A DNA stretch of 64,000 bases from Azolla caroliniana (lineage: Eukaryota; Plantae; Polypodiophyta), in contig JBHGNT010000008.1 in assembly GCA_043228905.1 (NCBI GenBank), forward strand, positions 12,152,001 through 12,216,000, in the 5' to 3' direction. Below, one piece after another: positions 26,929 to 39,218 of this stretch. The notes beneath the pieces are model-generated. The model ran no database searches, had not been told where the DNA came from, and worked only from the letters and a program-made list of their open reading frames with translations. The first letter of the stretch is position 1, and every line of letters starts with the position of its first letter. A program made the translations under genes and the position numbers.

Positions 26929-28768
26929 TGTCACGGACACACCAAGTCCGGACTAAGACGGAGCACGGATGATGAGGCTACGACAGAGTGATGATGGAAT
27001 GACACAAGAGCATAAAGATAGAGATGAAGATTAAGGAGAGAAGATGGGCAAAACGAGAATACTAGATTGATATGTCCATGATTGGCGTTGTTCACCTTGA
27101 ATTCCTTCAAGGTGAACTCAACTATTTATACTAAGTGGCATGCATACTTGTTGCATGCATGTGATACAATAGAGCATGTAGGCAGAAGGTACGCATGGTT
27201 GTGCCAAGTGTTAATAATACAAGGGAGAAATTATGCACATGATGCTAGCTAAAACCTACAATGAGGAAGTATATACATGATTATATGCTAGATGTGTGGT
27301 TAACACATAACACTCGATTATAACATGGTCATGTCAAGAGTTTGAATCTTGACATTATCCCCCCTTCAACGATGCCTTCCCAGATCGTTTGTCATGAGCG
27401 ACCATGTCTGGTCCTCGTCTAGAACTGGAACACAAATATCAACGGGTGTGAGCGACCACGGGGAGCATGAACACCAAGGGGCGTGAGTAACCATGTGAGG
27501 TCCTTGCCGGGAACTGGAACGGTCCTCGCTGAGAGTTGGAACACGAACACCAACGGGCGTGAGCAACCATGTTGTCCTCACCGAGAAATGGAACACGAAC
27601 GGGATTAATCGACCATGTGTGGTCCTCACCAGGAAAAGGAACATGAACAACAACGGGCATGAGCGACCATGTCGGTCCTCACCGGGATCTAGAACACGAA
27701 CAATAGTTGGAGTGAGCGACCGTGTGTGGTCCTCACCGGAGACTAGAACACAAACGGGAGTGAGCGACCATGCGGCCCTCACCGGGAACATGAACACGAA
27801 CGGGAGTGAGCGACCATGTGCGGTCCTCACCGGACACTGGAACACACCGGGAACTCGAACATGAACACCAACGGGAGTGAGCGACCATGTGCGGTCCTCA
27901 CCAGACACTGGAACATGAACGGGAGTGAGCGACCATGCGGCCCTCACATGGAACTCGAACACGAACGGGTGTGAGTGACCATGCGGCCCTCACCAGGAAC
28001 TTGAACACGAACACCAACGGGAGTGAGCGGCCTTGTGCGGACCTCACCGGGAACTGGAACACGAACACCAACGGGAGTGAGAACTAGAACACCAACACCA
28101 ATGGGAGTGAGCAGCCTTGTGCGGCCCTCACCGGGAATTGGAACATGAACACGAACGGGAAAGAAACTAAAAAATAGGGACAATGATGAGGAGAAACTAA
28201 AAGCCAATGAAAATGATGAGAAGAAACTAGGAGATAGAAATGGCGAGGAAGATAGGAAATGAAGCGATGTTGATGATGGTAACTCTAGAAGCAAGGTCGA
28301 TGAGGGAGACGGGTGATGCTTCTAGTTGGAAGGTGAACAAACTGTCACGGAAACACCAAGTGCGAACTAAGATGGAGCACGGATGATGAGGCTACGACGG
28401 AGTGATGACGGAATGACACAAGAGAATAAAGATAGAGATGAAGATTAAGGAGAGAAGATGGGCGAAATGAGAATACTAGATTGATATGTCCATGACTGGC
28501 GTTGTTCACCTTGAATTCCTTCAAGGTGAACTCAACTATTTATACTAAGTGGCATGCATACTTGTTGCACGCATGTGATACAATAGAGCATGTAGGTAGA
28601 AGGTACGCATGCTTGTGCCAAGTGTTAATAATACAAGGGAGAAATTATGCCCATGATGCTAGCTAAAACCTACAACGAGGAAGTATATACATGATTATAT
28701 GCTAGATGTGTGGTTAACACATAACACTCGATTATAACATGGTCATGTCAAGAGTTTGAATCTTGACA
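26929..28768 (-). mobile_element. Non-autonomous small LTR retrotransposon (TRIM/LARD-like), 1840 bp
   Basis: 426-bp LTRs at 26929-27354 and 28343-28768 (TGTCA...TGACA; ~15 differences by eye); perfect TSD CAATC; PPT GAAGGGGGGATAA next to the left LTR; no gag/pol motifs. Confidence 0.93.
27395..28160. repeat. Internal ~50-bp tandem array (~15 copies)
   Basis: Unit GTGAGCGACCATG(TG)CGGTCCTCACCGGGAACTGGAACACGAACACCAACGGGA. Confidence 0.92.
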
Positions 28769-29004
28769 CAATCGGCATCCACGTAGCCCACTAATTGTCC
28801 GTCTATACTTGCCTGATATAACAACCCATGATCCTTCATGCCGCTCACATATCACATGATTCAATGCACGCACTGAAGGTGATCGGCTTTCGGTTACGAG
28901 ATAAATTGACGGATTAAACCAACTGGATAACTGAGGTTTGGCCGGGTGATAGTCAAGTAGATGAGGGTTCCGACAATTTGTCGGAACCATGTTGGGCCAC
29001 ATGC

Positions 29005-29159
29005 TATCATGAAGTACAAAAGCTTCACATTAAAAGTCTACCAAAAGATAAATACGTAACTAAAATAAAATATATCTTGATAATGTTTTATATATATATT
29101 ATTTGCCTCTACATATAATGTATAATATTATCATAGTGTGTTTTTTAATATTACCTTTA

Positions 29160-29190
<31 letters not shown>

Positions 29191-30370
29191 ATATTATATT
29201 ACATGGACAAGAGAGGACTTGAACCAATAATATATATATATATATTATTTGCCTCTACATATAATGTATAACATTATCATAGTGTGTTTTTTAATATTAC
29301 CTTTATAAATAAATAAATATATATTATATTACATGGACAAGAGAGGACTTGAACCAATAATATATATATATATATTATTTGCCTCTACATATAATGTATA
29401 ATATTATCATAGTGTGTTTTTAATATTACGTTTATAAATAAATAAATATATACATATATTATATTACATGGACAAGAGAGGACTTGAACCAATAACCCCA
29501 ACCTTATGACTTTGAAACCTTACCATTTACCCTATAATTGTAGTATGTATAATTTACTATATGTCTTCTTTTATTTGAAGTAATATTGTATGGTTTAAAT
29601 CCTAAACCATATAATGTACTACATGTGCACCATATATTGTATTACATGGGTGAGAGAAGACTTGAACCAACAAACTCCACATTATGAACCTCAAAGCCTA
29701 CCATTTAGCCAATACTCATTATATATATAAAAGAAAATGTGTTGTTTTATTTGAAGTAGCATTGTGTAGTCTAAACCATGTAATGTACTACATGTGCACC
29801 ATATAGCACACATGCAAGAGCCCCTTTTTGCATGTGTGACATAGGGCCCACATGCAAAACCATCCCCTTCCTATAAAAGGAGAAGGGAGTATAGTGACAA
29901 GGATATGAAGGAATCGATCAATATCAAAAGAACTATATTATATATATCAATAGAATCAAATAGAGTTATGTTGTAAGAGATATCACAATAGAGAAAGAAG
30001 AAAAGAAGGTCAATATACAAGAGAAGCTCTAAGTTGGCGGTTGTGGTGCTCAACTCTCAACAAAAAGGGTGGAGGTTCGAGTCTTATCTCATTGAAAGAT
30101 AGAAGAGAAGATTGTGGTCTACTTGTGAGACAAAGTTCAAATTCAACAATGCTCGCAACTATTTTGTAACTCTTTCATCAAATAATTATAAATCTCTTTT
30201 ATTGCTTCAATTATCATTCTATATCCTATCTTGTCATATCTTGTTGATCACTATTTATCTATTTCTACTCTTTCATCACTTCCATCCAAAATCCTAGTGA
30301 TTCCTTCCTCACTTTCACGTTATCTTCTGTCTACGTAACGCTACGCTTCCAGGTGAGCCACGCCACGACA
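29005..30370 (+). mobile_element. Solo LTR X (TATCATG...CACGACA) with internal ~128-bp tandem repeats and tRNA-like boxes
   Basis: Flanked by ATGC and ACGC; TATA CTATAAAAG at ~29870; repeats at 29090-29510. Confidence 0.7.
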
Positions 30371-30374
30371 ACGC

Positions 30375-32621
30375 TGTCGTGAAAAAACCGTCACTACGTG
30401 CGGATCGTGAGGCGGAACCGCCGAGGTTCTGAACCGGAAGGATTCGAAGTTTGCACTAGCTTTAGCGAGAAAGGATTTAAGATAGATTGAGAGAGATTGA
30501 TATTGAGAGAGAGAGATTGAGATAAAGATTGAACGCTTGACTTTAGATTTGAGAGACAAGATATATTATGATAACTTGATTTATTATTATTATTATTATT
30601 ATTATTAATTTCTTCCCAAGTTCTTCATTCGTCCCATTTTGCTTGACCTCCATTCTTTTATAGATCCCCCAATGCATATGATGCATGGGAGGGTGCAAGA
30701 CATGCATGTAACACATTAAATGCATGCGATGCATGTTTGCCATGTCACTCATCCAAGCTCTCATGTATGAAATTTTACATATGAAAAGTATAATGATAAA
30801 AACATAACTTTAAAGTTATGACTTAGCTTAGTGGTAAGTCATGTGGCTCTTATGTAGGAGGTGTGAGGTTTAAATTTTTACTTACACTCTTATAAACACA
30901 AAATTTTACAAGGCTTTAGTCTTGTTTTTACAAATGTTCAACTGCATATTGCATCTACAGTTGACCTCCAATGAACCGACGGAACCGTTAGACAATTTTG
31001 TTCATTTCACATTGAAAATCTTCAAGACACCGTGCGTCGCAATCATCCTGTTCAACTGACTCGACCGATCCGTTTTTCCGGTTCGTCCGTTCCGGTTCCG
31101 GTTCTCCAAAACCATTTTGAACAACTTGGCCGCATCCATTTGTCCAAGTTATATAACCCAACCTTTTTGTGCTCCTAACACATAGATGAAATATAAAGAG
31201 ATATGGCTCTACAAATCATAGAATGAACCATACGTATCATACGTGCATTCGCATTCGAGAATGATTTGATCAAACGTGTATGGTAAATCATCTCAAAGTT
31301 GGATTGGATTCACTATGGTCTATATTATATATTGATTCACTCTCAATCCCAATAAGTGGACTCTAATCCATTGTGAACCACCAACATAAGTACGGTTGCA
31401 ATATTTGCATTGTATCACATGCATACTTTTGGGATGCTTCTTAAGAATCAAGACATCTCTATCATCCTCACTTTAGAACTTCACAAAAAAATGAGTATGA
31501 ACTATAGATATTGAATCAAAATATGTCATTATAAATTATAACGTTCAAAAACTCATAAAACGTATATTCAAGAATATGAAGAAAACATGACATAGGCAGT
31601 GGTAGCATAACAACTTACCACTAGGGTGACCTAATTTTCTAATAACAAAGAAAGAAAAAAAGAAAAGAAAAAAGAAACGATCAAAAACTCATAAAACGTA
31701 TATTCGAGAATATGAAGAAAACATGACATAGGTAGTAGTAGCATAACAATTTACCACTAGGGTGACCTAATTTCTAATACAAAGAAAGAAAAAATAAAGA
31801 AAGGAATATGACACTAACATAAAATGTTGCCATGACATAGGCAATAGTAGCATAACAACTTACCACAAGGGTGAGCTAATTTCTAATAACAAAGAAAGAA
31901 AGAAAAAGAAGAAAAAGAAGAAAAAGGAACATGACACTAACATAAAATTTTGCCATGACACTAACAAGAGGATATGAGAAAGTTGGGAATTGAACCCAAG
32001 ACACAAGTAATAATAACACAACAACTTAGCACGAGGTCGTGCTTACGTCTAATAATAAAAAAAGAAAAGAAAAAAAACTATTATAACACTAACATAAAAA
32101 AATTCTATAAATGGTACTAAAGAGATAGAGAAAGAGATGAGACAATTGGGAATCGAACCCAAGACATAGACAACAATAGCATGACTCTTTACCACTAGGA
32201 TGAGCTGAATTGTAATGAATTGTAACGATTAAAAAAAGGAGCACATATTTTTCCCATTTCAAACGTGTTCGTTTCCAAACGTTTGAATGCTTGTATGAAT
32301 ACAAATATTACGTTCTATAGCTTTACTTATATAATCTTGAATCCTGATGGTGTTCCATCTATGTGGGATATCTCATAGTTTTGTTTTCGTCTTCTTCTTC
32401 TCAAACTTCATACTCACATAACTTCACACTAAGTTGTCCATTTCACATGTAGTAAAATGCATTTAGAAGCTCTTGAAGACATCCATATTTTCGTAACAAG
32501 ATATTAAACTAATATAAAATAATATCTTCACTATTATTGTTTCATATTGTGTGTGAAGAACCACACTCGATTTTGTACATTCCTCGCAATTTTCACACCA
32601 TTGCCAAAAATCTTCACGATA
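30375..32621 (-). mobile_element. Solo LTR Y (TGTCGTGAA...TTCACGATA)
   Basis: Flanked by ACGC and ACAC. The left end shares CGGATCGT...GCGGAACC...GAGGTT with the LTR at 40840. Minus-strand TATA at ~30655-30664; degenerate tandem repeats at 31545-32210. Confidence 0.7.
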
Positions 32622-33315
32622 ACACCTTTCCCAATTTGGGGCGAAGCTTGACATTCCTATCAAGAGGAGTCAAGATGGATTTACAATCCATCATGCCCAA
32701 CTTGAAGAGCATATTGAGCACATAATCGTTGGTTGATCAATATGCCTTTGGGGTTCGGATCACTTCGATCTTGAGGAAGTAGTGAAGATCCCCCAGATCC
32801 TTCATCTCGAATGATGCAACAAGTTCGGAGTTGATGCAACCGATTTCCTCCAAGTCGGCACCGACGATGACTAGATCATCAACATAAAGTAAAATACTTA
32901 CCAGCTCATGTTGACCTTGCCGGATGAACAGTGAAGAATCTAACTTTGATGTAGCAAACCCTATCCAACGTAGTTCCTACGTGATCTTTGTGTTCTAAGC
33001 ATGTAGGTGTTGAGAGACGAGCTCAACATTGGGTGCGTAAATGAGTACATAACCCAGTGCGTAGACTAGGTGCATAAAACCGTACACAAAATATGGTCGT
33101 GGCAATGTTTAAACTGAGAGGCCGTTAGAGTGTTATTCCACATAAGGAATAATTTTAGGAGTAAGTGTAAGATGCTCATTTATAAGCGGTCAAGTACTGT
33201 AAGTACTTGTGTCATCCCAATAGTCAGGGATTGTATAAAAGGTGCTCATTGAGCACGAAGTATGTACAGAGAACATACAGAGAATTATTTTGAATATAGT
33301 TTTGTAGTTTTGTAG

Positions 33316-34140
33316 TTAAGAAACAAACGCCCTACACCCTCCTCCTCCTTGAGACGGGATCGCTTCCCATTGAGATCATGGCCATGGAAAGGGTTGTTGA
33401 ATACATGCTTAAGGTTCAAAAAAGTCCCTCACATCCACTTCCTAGAATTGTGTGGGAAGCAAGCAAAAAGATCCAAAAGACACATAAAAGCAAAATTTTG
33501 TGTTCTGGTTGGATGCAAGATGTAGAAAAATGGTTTGGTAGATGGGACATGAGACACTTGCTTCATGATGTGTCATTAGATTCCTTTGTAAATGAGGCCT
33601 TTTTGCAACACCAATGTATCATGACATGGGACAAATGTGGAGGCTCACGCTTCACACATTATACTACACATGTTGGACCTAACTACAAAACCATATTCTT
33701 TGCGGAACGGGGAAATCGTACACATCGATACATGTTAGCGCCCAGACCGTTATCTGCCATTTGAACCGTTGCTTCCATGCGACTTCGGTCACATGCATTG
33801 CAAGGTGAAACAGGGCGTTGGGGCACAAGTGATGAGAGTGGTCGGCTATGCACACTTTGCCCTAAACAAGTTCGCGAGTCTGAGTATCACACTTTGATAC
33901 AATGGTCTGCCTTTGATCATATTCGACCATGCTTTCCACATCTCTTCGACTGAGCCCAATCTTTGCATGAATTCCTCTAACAACCACAATGTGCACTCTC
34001 GATTGCAACATTCATTGGTAAAGTTCTTGAACATCGAGAGTCACAACTCACTTTCACACGTATCACGTGAAATGTAATATTTTTGGTCTCACAGGTCATA
34101 TTTGAACTCCGAAGAAGATAATATAATCTATCTATCTATC
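33316..34140 (+). mobile_element. 5'-truncated LINE (ORF2 C-terminus) with a (CTAT)n tail, inserted in the Copia A 5' LTR
   Basis: LLLETGSLPI...HPLPR...GWM and ETGRW...RLCTLC...ESEYHTLIQ (non-LTR ORF2 C-terminal cysteine motif); tail CTATCTATCTATC at 34128-34140. LTR sequence resumes on both sides. Confidence 0.8.
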
Positions 34141-34353
34141 TCTCTCTTTGTGTGTGTCTCTTGCTCTCTTTCTCTCTGGTTTTTGTGTTCTACTAAACTG
34201 TCGTACTACCGAACCGTGTACTCTGTGTTCTTACGCACACGTATTCTTTTACATGGTATTAGAGCGCGAGGGTTGAGACTTGTCTGCAGCCGGCAGAAAA
34301 GCTTGCGATAAGATAGAGTTAGGTTGTTGTTTTCGGAAAGGATAAGACAACAA

Positions 34354-37300
34354 TATGGACAGAGTAATGGGAAGCTCGCTACCGACTGAGAAGCTCGACA
34401 AGAGCAACTACCCATCTTGGTCGTACAAGATGCACTAGTACTTGCTTGGTCTTGGCTACTAGAGTTATCTCGATGGAGCTAATCATGCAGCGCCCGAATC
34501 AACAAACAGAGATTTTTTAGCTTGAGAACAAGCGGCAAGCAGAGTTCTTCACTGCTTCACGTCCTGTGTGAACGACCAACTCTTGAGCTACATTCGGGAT
34601 GCGAAGATGTGAAAGGATGCGTGCGCGAATCTCAAGAGGATTTTCACCGCTAGCACAACGGCCAAGAAGCTGCAGCTCAGGCAGGAGTTCAGCAATGTCC
34701 GACAGAAAGATCTATTTGTGGTCGATTACAAGACCTAAATCAAGGAGATCTGTGACTCTCTCACCTCTGTCAACGTGAACGTCGAGGAGGATGAAATGGT
34801 GCAGGTGTGTCGTGGTGGGTTAGTTTCAAAGTTCGGAGCGTTCTGGACGGCGGGTCGATGTTGCTCGTGGAGGAAAATCACGCGGGTGCGTCAAGAAGTA
34901 TACACACCAACAACAAGATGTTGTACACGGAGGAAGATAGGCCGCGTAGTCATGGCAGAAGAGGCGGATCAGCGCGCAATGGAGGCAACCGAAAAGAGTA
35001 GAACGTGTTGCATAATCGAAATGCCGGAAGCAATTCCGAATCCTCCGGAAGCAGGGGGAGTCATAGCTATGCCGGAAGCTAGCAAGAGAAGGTCGCAAAG
35101 GAATTCTAGTACTATGGCAAGAAAGGACACAGGGAGAGCAAGTGCTAGAAGAAGAAAGCCGATTCAGACAAAGCCGAATCAAGCGGAAGAGACGAAGGAA
35201 GGCATCAGAAATCATAGTACGCCGAGGGTTTTGAACGAGCCAGAATTGGATTGGGCCCAACCTTCATAATGAAGCACAAGGCCAATTCGATGGCCGTGAA
35301 CACCTCAAAATCAATGGAGGTGTGGTATGTTGATTCCAGAGCATCAAATCATATGACGAGTCATGAGGAATGGTTCTCGTACTTGGAGAAACACAAAAAA
35401 CAGGGAGTCATCGAAACGGGAAACGACACTCCGCACATCATCGAACATGTCAGAGAAGTTCCTCTCAGCCACGTAGGGCAGAAAGGGAAACGTATGAACG
35501 TGTTGCACGTCCCGACAATAACCAAGAACTTGGTGTCAGTCGAATAGATCATGGACCAGGGGTGGCAAGTTCGATTCACGCACCTCGGGTGCTACGAAGA
35601 GGAAGGCAAAGTTATTGCGCAAGGGCGCCGTGAAGGGAGGATGTTTATCTTGGACACCAATCAAGCCAGAACCGCGATGTTCGTGAAAGGACAAAAGATC
35701 GAGTCGGACATCGACCTCTGGCATAAGTGGTTCGGCCATATTAACTTCCCACGGCTTGGTGAAATGCAGACGAAGAACATTTTTTTCGGCTTGCCGAAAT
35801 TTCGGGGCCATAGTGGCCAAGTTTATGAAGCCTGCCAACTCGGGAATCAACACCGACTTCCATTTCCCAATGATCGTAATCATAGTCAAAATCCGTTGGA
35901 TTTGATCCATTCAGATGTGTGGGGACCGGCACAAAACGTGAGTCTCACTGGAAGCCGTTACTTCGTAACCTTCATCGATGACTTCACTCGGCATACCTAC
36001 GCATGCTTGATCGTGAAAAAGAGCGAAGTCTTCGCGTGGTTCCTGAAGGTGAAGAACCTTGCAGAAAGAAGTGCCTACGGTCCGATGGCAGGAAGTATTA
36101 CTTCTCCAACCAATTCATGAGTTATCTACAGAAGGAGGGAATTCGACGTGAATTATGATGTAGATATACATCGGAGTAGAACGGCGTAGCCGAGCAGAAG
36201 AATCGGACGATCGAAGAAGCGACCAGGGCAATGCTTGAAGAGAAGCATATGCTGAAGTTTTACTGGGCTAAAGCCGTAAGGACGGTTGTTTACTTGCAAA
36301 ATCAAACATTTGCTAATGGAGGAGTGTCACCACATGAGTTGTATTACGGCAAGAAGCCAAACTTGGCACGCTTGAGGATTTTTGGCAGCATTACGTATGT
36401 GCATGTGCCGAAGGAGAAGACGAGGAAGCTGGATGCCAAAACCGAAGGGTGCATCTTAGTCGGCTATTCAGATGAGAAAAAGGGGTATAATTTCTATAAC
36501 CCTTCAATGAAGGAAGTTCGCGTAAGCCGAGATGTCATGTTCGACGAGTTTGCTTCGTGGTACTTGCCTTCACCTCCAATACCTCAAGACTCCATTCCGA
36601 ATTCTGAAGAAGAGATTAGCGAGGCTGAGATGCCTCTACGTGATGAGGATACCGGGGCTTTGATATAGAGCCCGATCTCATTTCGGCTAAGTGAGCCGAA
36701 TGAGGGGTTGGGCTGAGATGGCCAACCAAATGAAGAGCCAGCGAGTAGGGGAGACTCGGCCGTGTTTTCCCGCATAAAGAACTGAGGAGATGGTTTATGC
36801 GTAAAGAAAAAGGGAAGAAGAAAATGTCGGAATACGATTTCGGCAGTGCCTAGTCAGATCAAAGCGAATTTGACTTGGGGCCAATCGAGAAGGAACCTCC
36901 ACGGAAGGGGTCGAAATCGACTGAAAAGGTCGTGAAATCGGGTAATCACGAATTACACCGATCTACGGGCCTAAAGAACCCTGTAAAGAGGTACGGGTAC
37001 AATGAATACGTGGCGCACCATTACGCGTACATGACACGAGTGACAGAAGTGCGTGAGCTAGAAAGCTACGCAGAAGTGGCGGAAGACGCAAACTGGCGTG
37101 CCGCAGTGGAAGAGATGCGTGCATTATCAGACAACGAGACTTGGGACCTGGTTGATGCACCTAAAGGTGTTAAGCTGATTGGATGCAAATGGGTGTTTAA
37201 GGTGAAATACAATACCGACAGCTCGGTCAACCAATGCAAGGCCCGTTTGGTTGTGAAAGGCTACGCGTAGAAGCACGACGAAGATTACGACGAGACCTTT

Positions 37301-38210
37301 GCTCCAGTTGCGAAAATGACTACCGTGCGAGTTTTGCTAGCCATAGTTGCGGCGAAGGGGTGGCATCTATATCAAATGGATGTAAAGAATGTGTTCCTTC
37401 AAGGTGATCTCGAGGAACATGTGTACATGGTTCAGCCCCCCGGATTTCTATCCGAACAAAACACTTCGGCAGTTTGCCGATTGAAGAAGATGTTATACGG
37501 CCTTAAGCAAGCCCCACGAGCTTGGAACACGAAGATTACGCAACGGTTGCTTAGAATGGGGTTTACGACCTCCGAATCAGACTCTTCGTTATTCATTCGG
37601 CAAGGTCGACATGGAACATTTTGTCTTTTACTCTATGTTGATGATTTAGTCCTCGCTGATGCCGACCTAGAAGAAATCGGTTGCGTAAAGTCTCAGCTTG
37701 GAGCATTGTTCGAAATGAAGGATCTTGCCAACCTTCATTACTTCCTCGGGATCGAAGTGATTCGTTCCCCCGAAGGCATATTGATCAGTCAGCGTCATTA
37801 TGCGTTGAATATGCTCTTCAAGTTCGGCATGGCATATTGTAAGCCCATCTCGACCCCTCTGGATATAAATGTAAAGCTTCACTTAGATTCGGGAAAGGCG
37901 TGTGACCCGACACAGTTTTGACAGATTGTCGAAAGCCTCGTCTACTTGACGATCACTCGGCCGGAATGATCAGTCAGTTTATGTCGCAGCCCCACGACCA
38001 AACACCTTCAGTGCGTGCAAAGAATATTACAGTATGTCTGCGACACGCAAGACATGGCGTTGTTGTGTCGTAGAGGCGTAGCCGAACAGTTAGTTGGCTA
38101 CATGGATGCCAATTGGGCCAGAAATGCCCATGATCATAGATCAACATCCGGATACGCCTTCTCATTGGGAAGTGCGGCGATCGCATGGAGCAGTAAGAAG
38201 CAGCCGACCG
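34354..38210 (+). pseudogene. Copia A gag-pol pseudogene with the RNase H end deleted
   Basis: WYVDSRASNHMT (PR); IHSDVWGP; KARLVVKGY; YVDDLV; YMDANWA; truncated after WSSKKQP. Confidence 0.92.
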
Positions 38211-39218
38211 ATTTAATCGAAATGTTCAATTCGGACTTTGCATATCGACTGAGGACCAAGTGGATGAAAGGGCAGCGGAAGAGGTGCCAACACCATGACA
38301 ATAAGGGAGCTGAGAAGGGCCTCATGAGCAGACAAACCAACCGGAAAGGTCGAAGCGCGCGGAATCGAACAGGTCGAGGAGCGCGAGCGAGGCGTGAAGA
38401 CAAGAGAGGCCAGAGCGAAGATCCGGAAAAGTAGATGGAACCTCAAGTTGAGCTTGAGGGGGAGTGTTGAGAGACAAGCTTAACATTAGGTGCATAAATG
38501 GGTGCGTAGATTGGGTGCATAAAACCGTACACAAAATATGGACGTGGCGGTGTTCAAACCTGTTGAGTGACAAGCTCAACATTGGGTGCGTAATACAGTG
38601 CATAACCCAATGCGTAGACTGGGTGCGTAAAATAGTACGTATAACGTGGACGTATCGGTGCGTAAACCAAAAGGCCGTTAGTATGGTATTCCTCGTAAGG
38701 AATAATTTTGGGAGTTAGTGTAGTAAGCTCATTTATGAGCAGTCAAGTACTGTCTGTACTTGTGTCAGCCCAATAGTCAGGGCTTATATAAAAGGTGCTC
38801 ACTGAGCACAAAGTGTGTACAAAGCATCATTATTTTTTAATAGAACTGAGTTGTCTACTCTCTATCTGTCTCTCCATCTCCATCTCCATCTCTGTGGTTT
38901 CTGCGTTTACCGAACTGTCTAATTTCCGAACTGTGTACTCTATGTTTACGCACATGCTTCCGCACACGTATTCTTTTACATGGTATCAACGCATGAGGGT
39001 TGAAGTCCTATGTAGCCGACAAGGAAAGCTTGCGACAAAACAGAGGTGAAGTTGTTCGTCGTTTTTTTTTCGGAAAAGAAAAAGACAGCAATATGGACAA
39101 AGGTATGGGAAGCTAACTACCGACTGAATAGCTCGATAGGAGCAACTACGAAAGCTTGCGACAAAACAAAGTTGAAGTTGTTCGTCGTTTTTTTTTTCGG
39201 AAAAGAAAAAGAGAGCAA

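Larger units (their letters stand above)
25400..33007 (-). mobile_element. Copia element C, 3' half, fragmented: 3' LTR 25400-25900; RH/3' region 25901-26928; RT/RH 28774-29004; RT 32622-33007
   Basis: PPT CTCCCCCTCAAG at 25901. Pol motifs join across the insertions: QLVGYVDA-DWA across 26929-28768 and KLRPKLGK-CGPT across 29005-32621. YVDDLVI at ~32870. Confidence 0.88.

Noticed and set aside
27395-28160. CRISPR array or real 198-aa protein (27366-27962)
   Set aside because: Plain tandem repeat without unique spacers; the ORF is a by-product of a stop-poor monomer.
29002-32624. Single DNA transposon with a 13-bp TIR (TGCTATCATGAAG/CTTCACGATAACA)
   Set aside because: Those ends give no TSD; the internal CACGACA-ACGC-TGTCGTG junction explains the region better as two LTRs with 4-bp TSDs.
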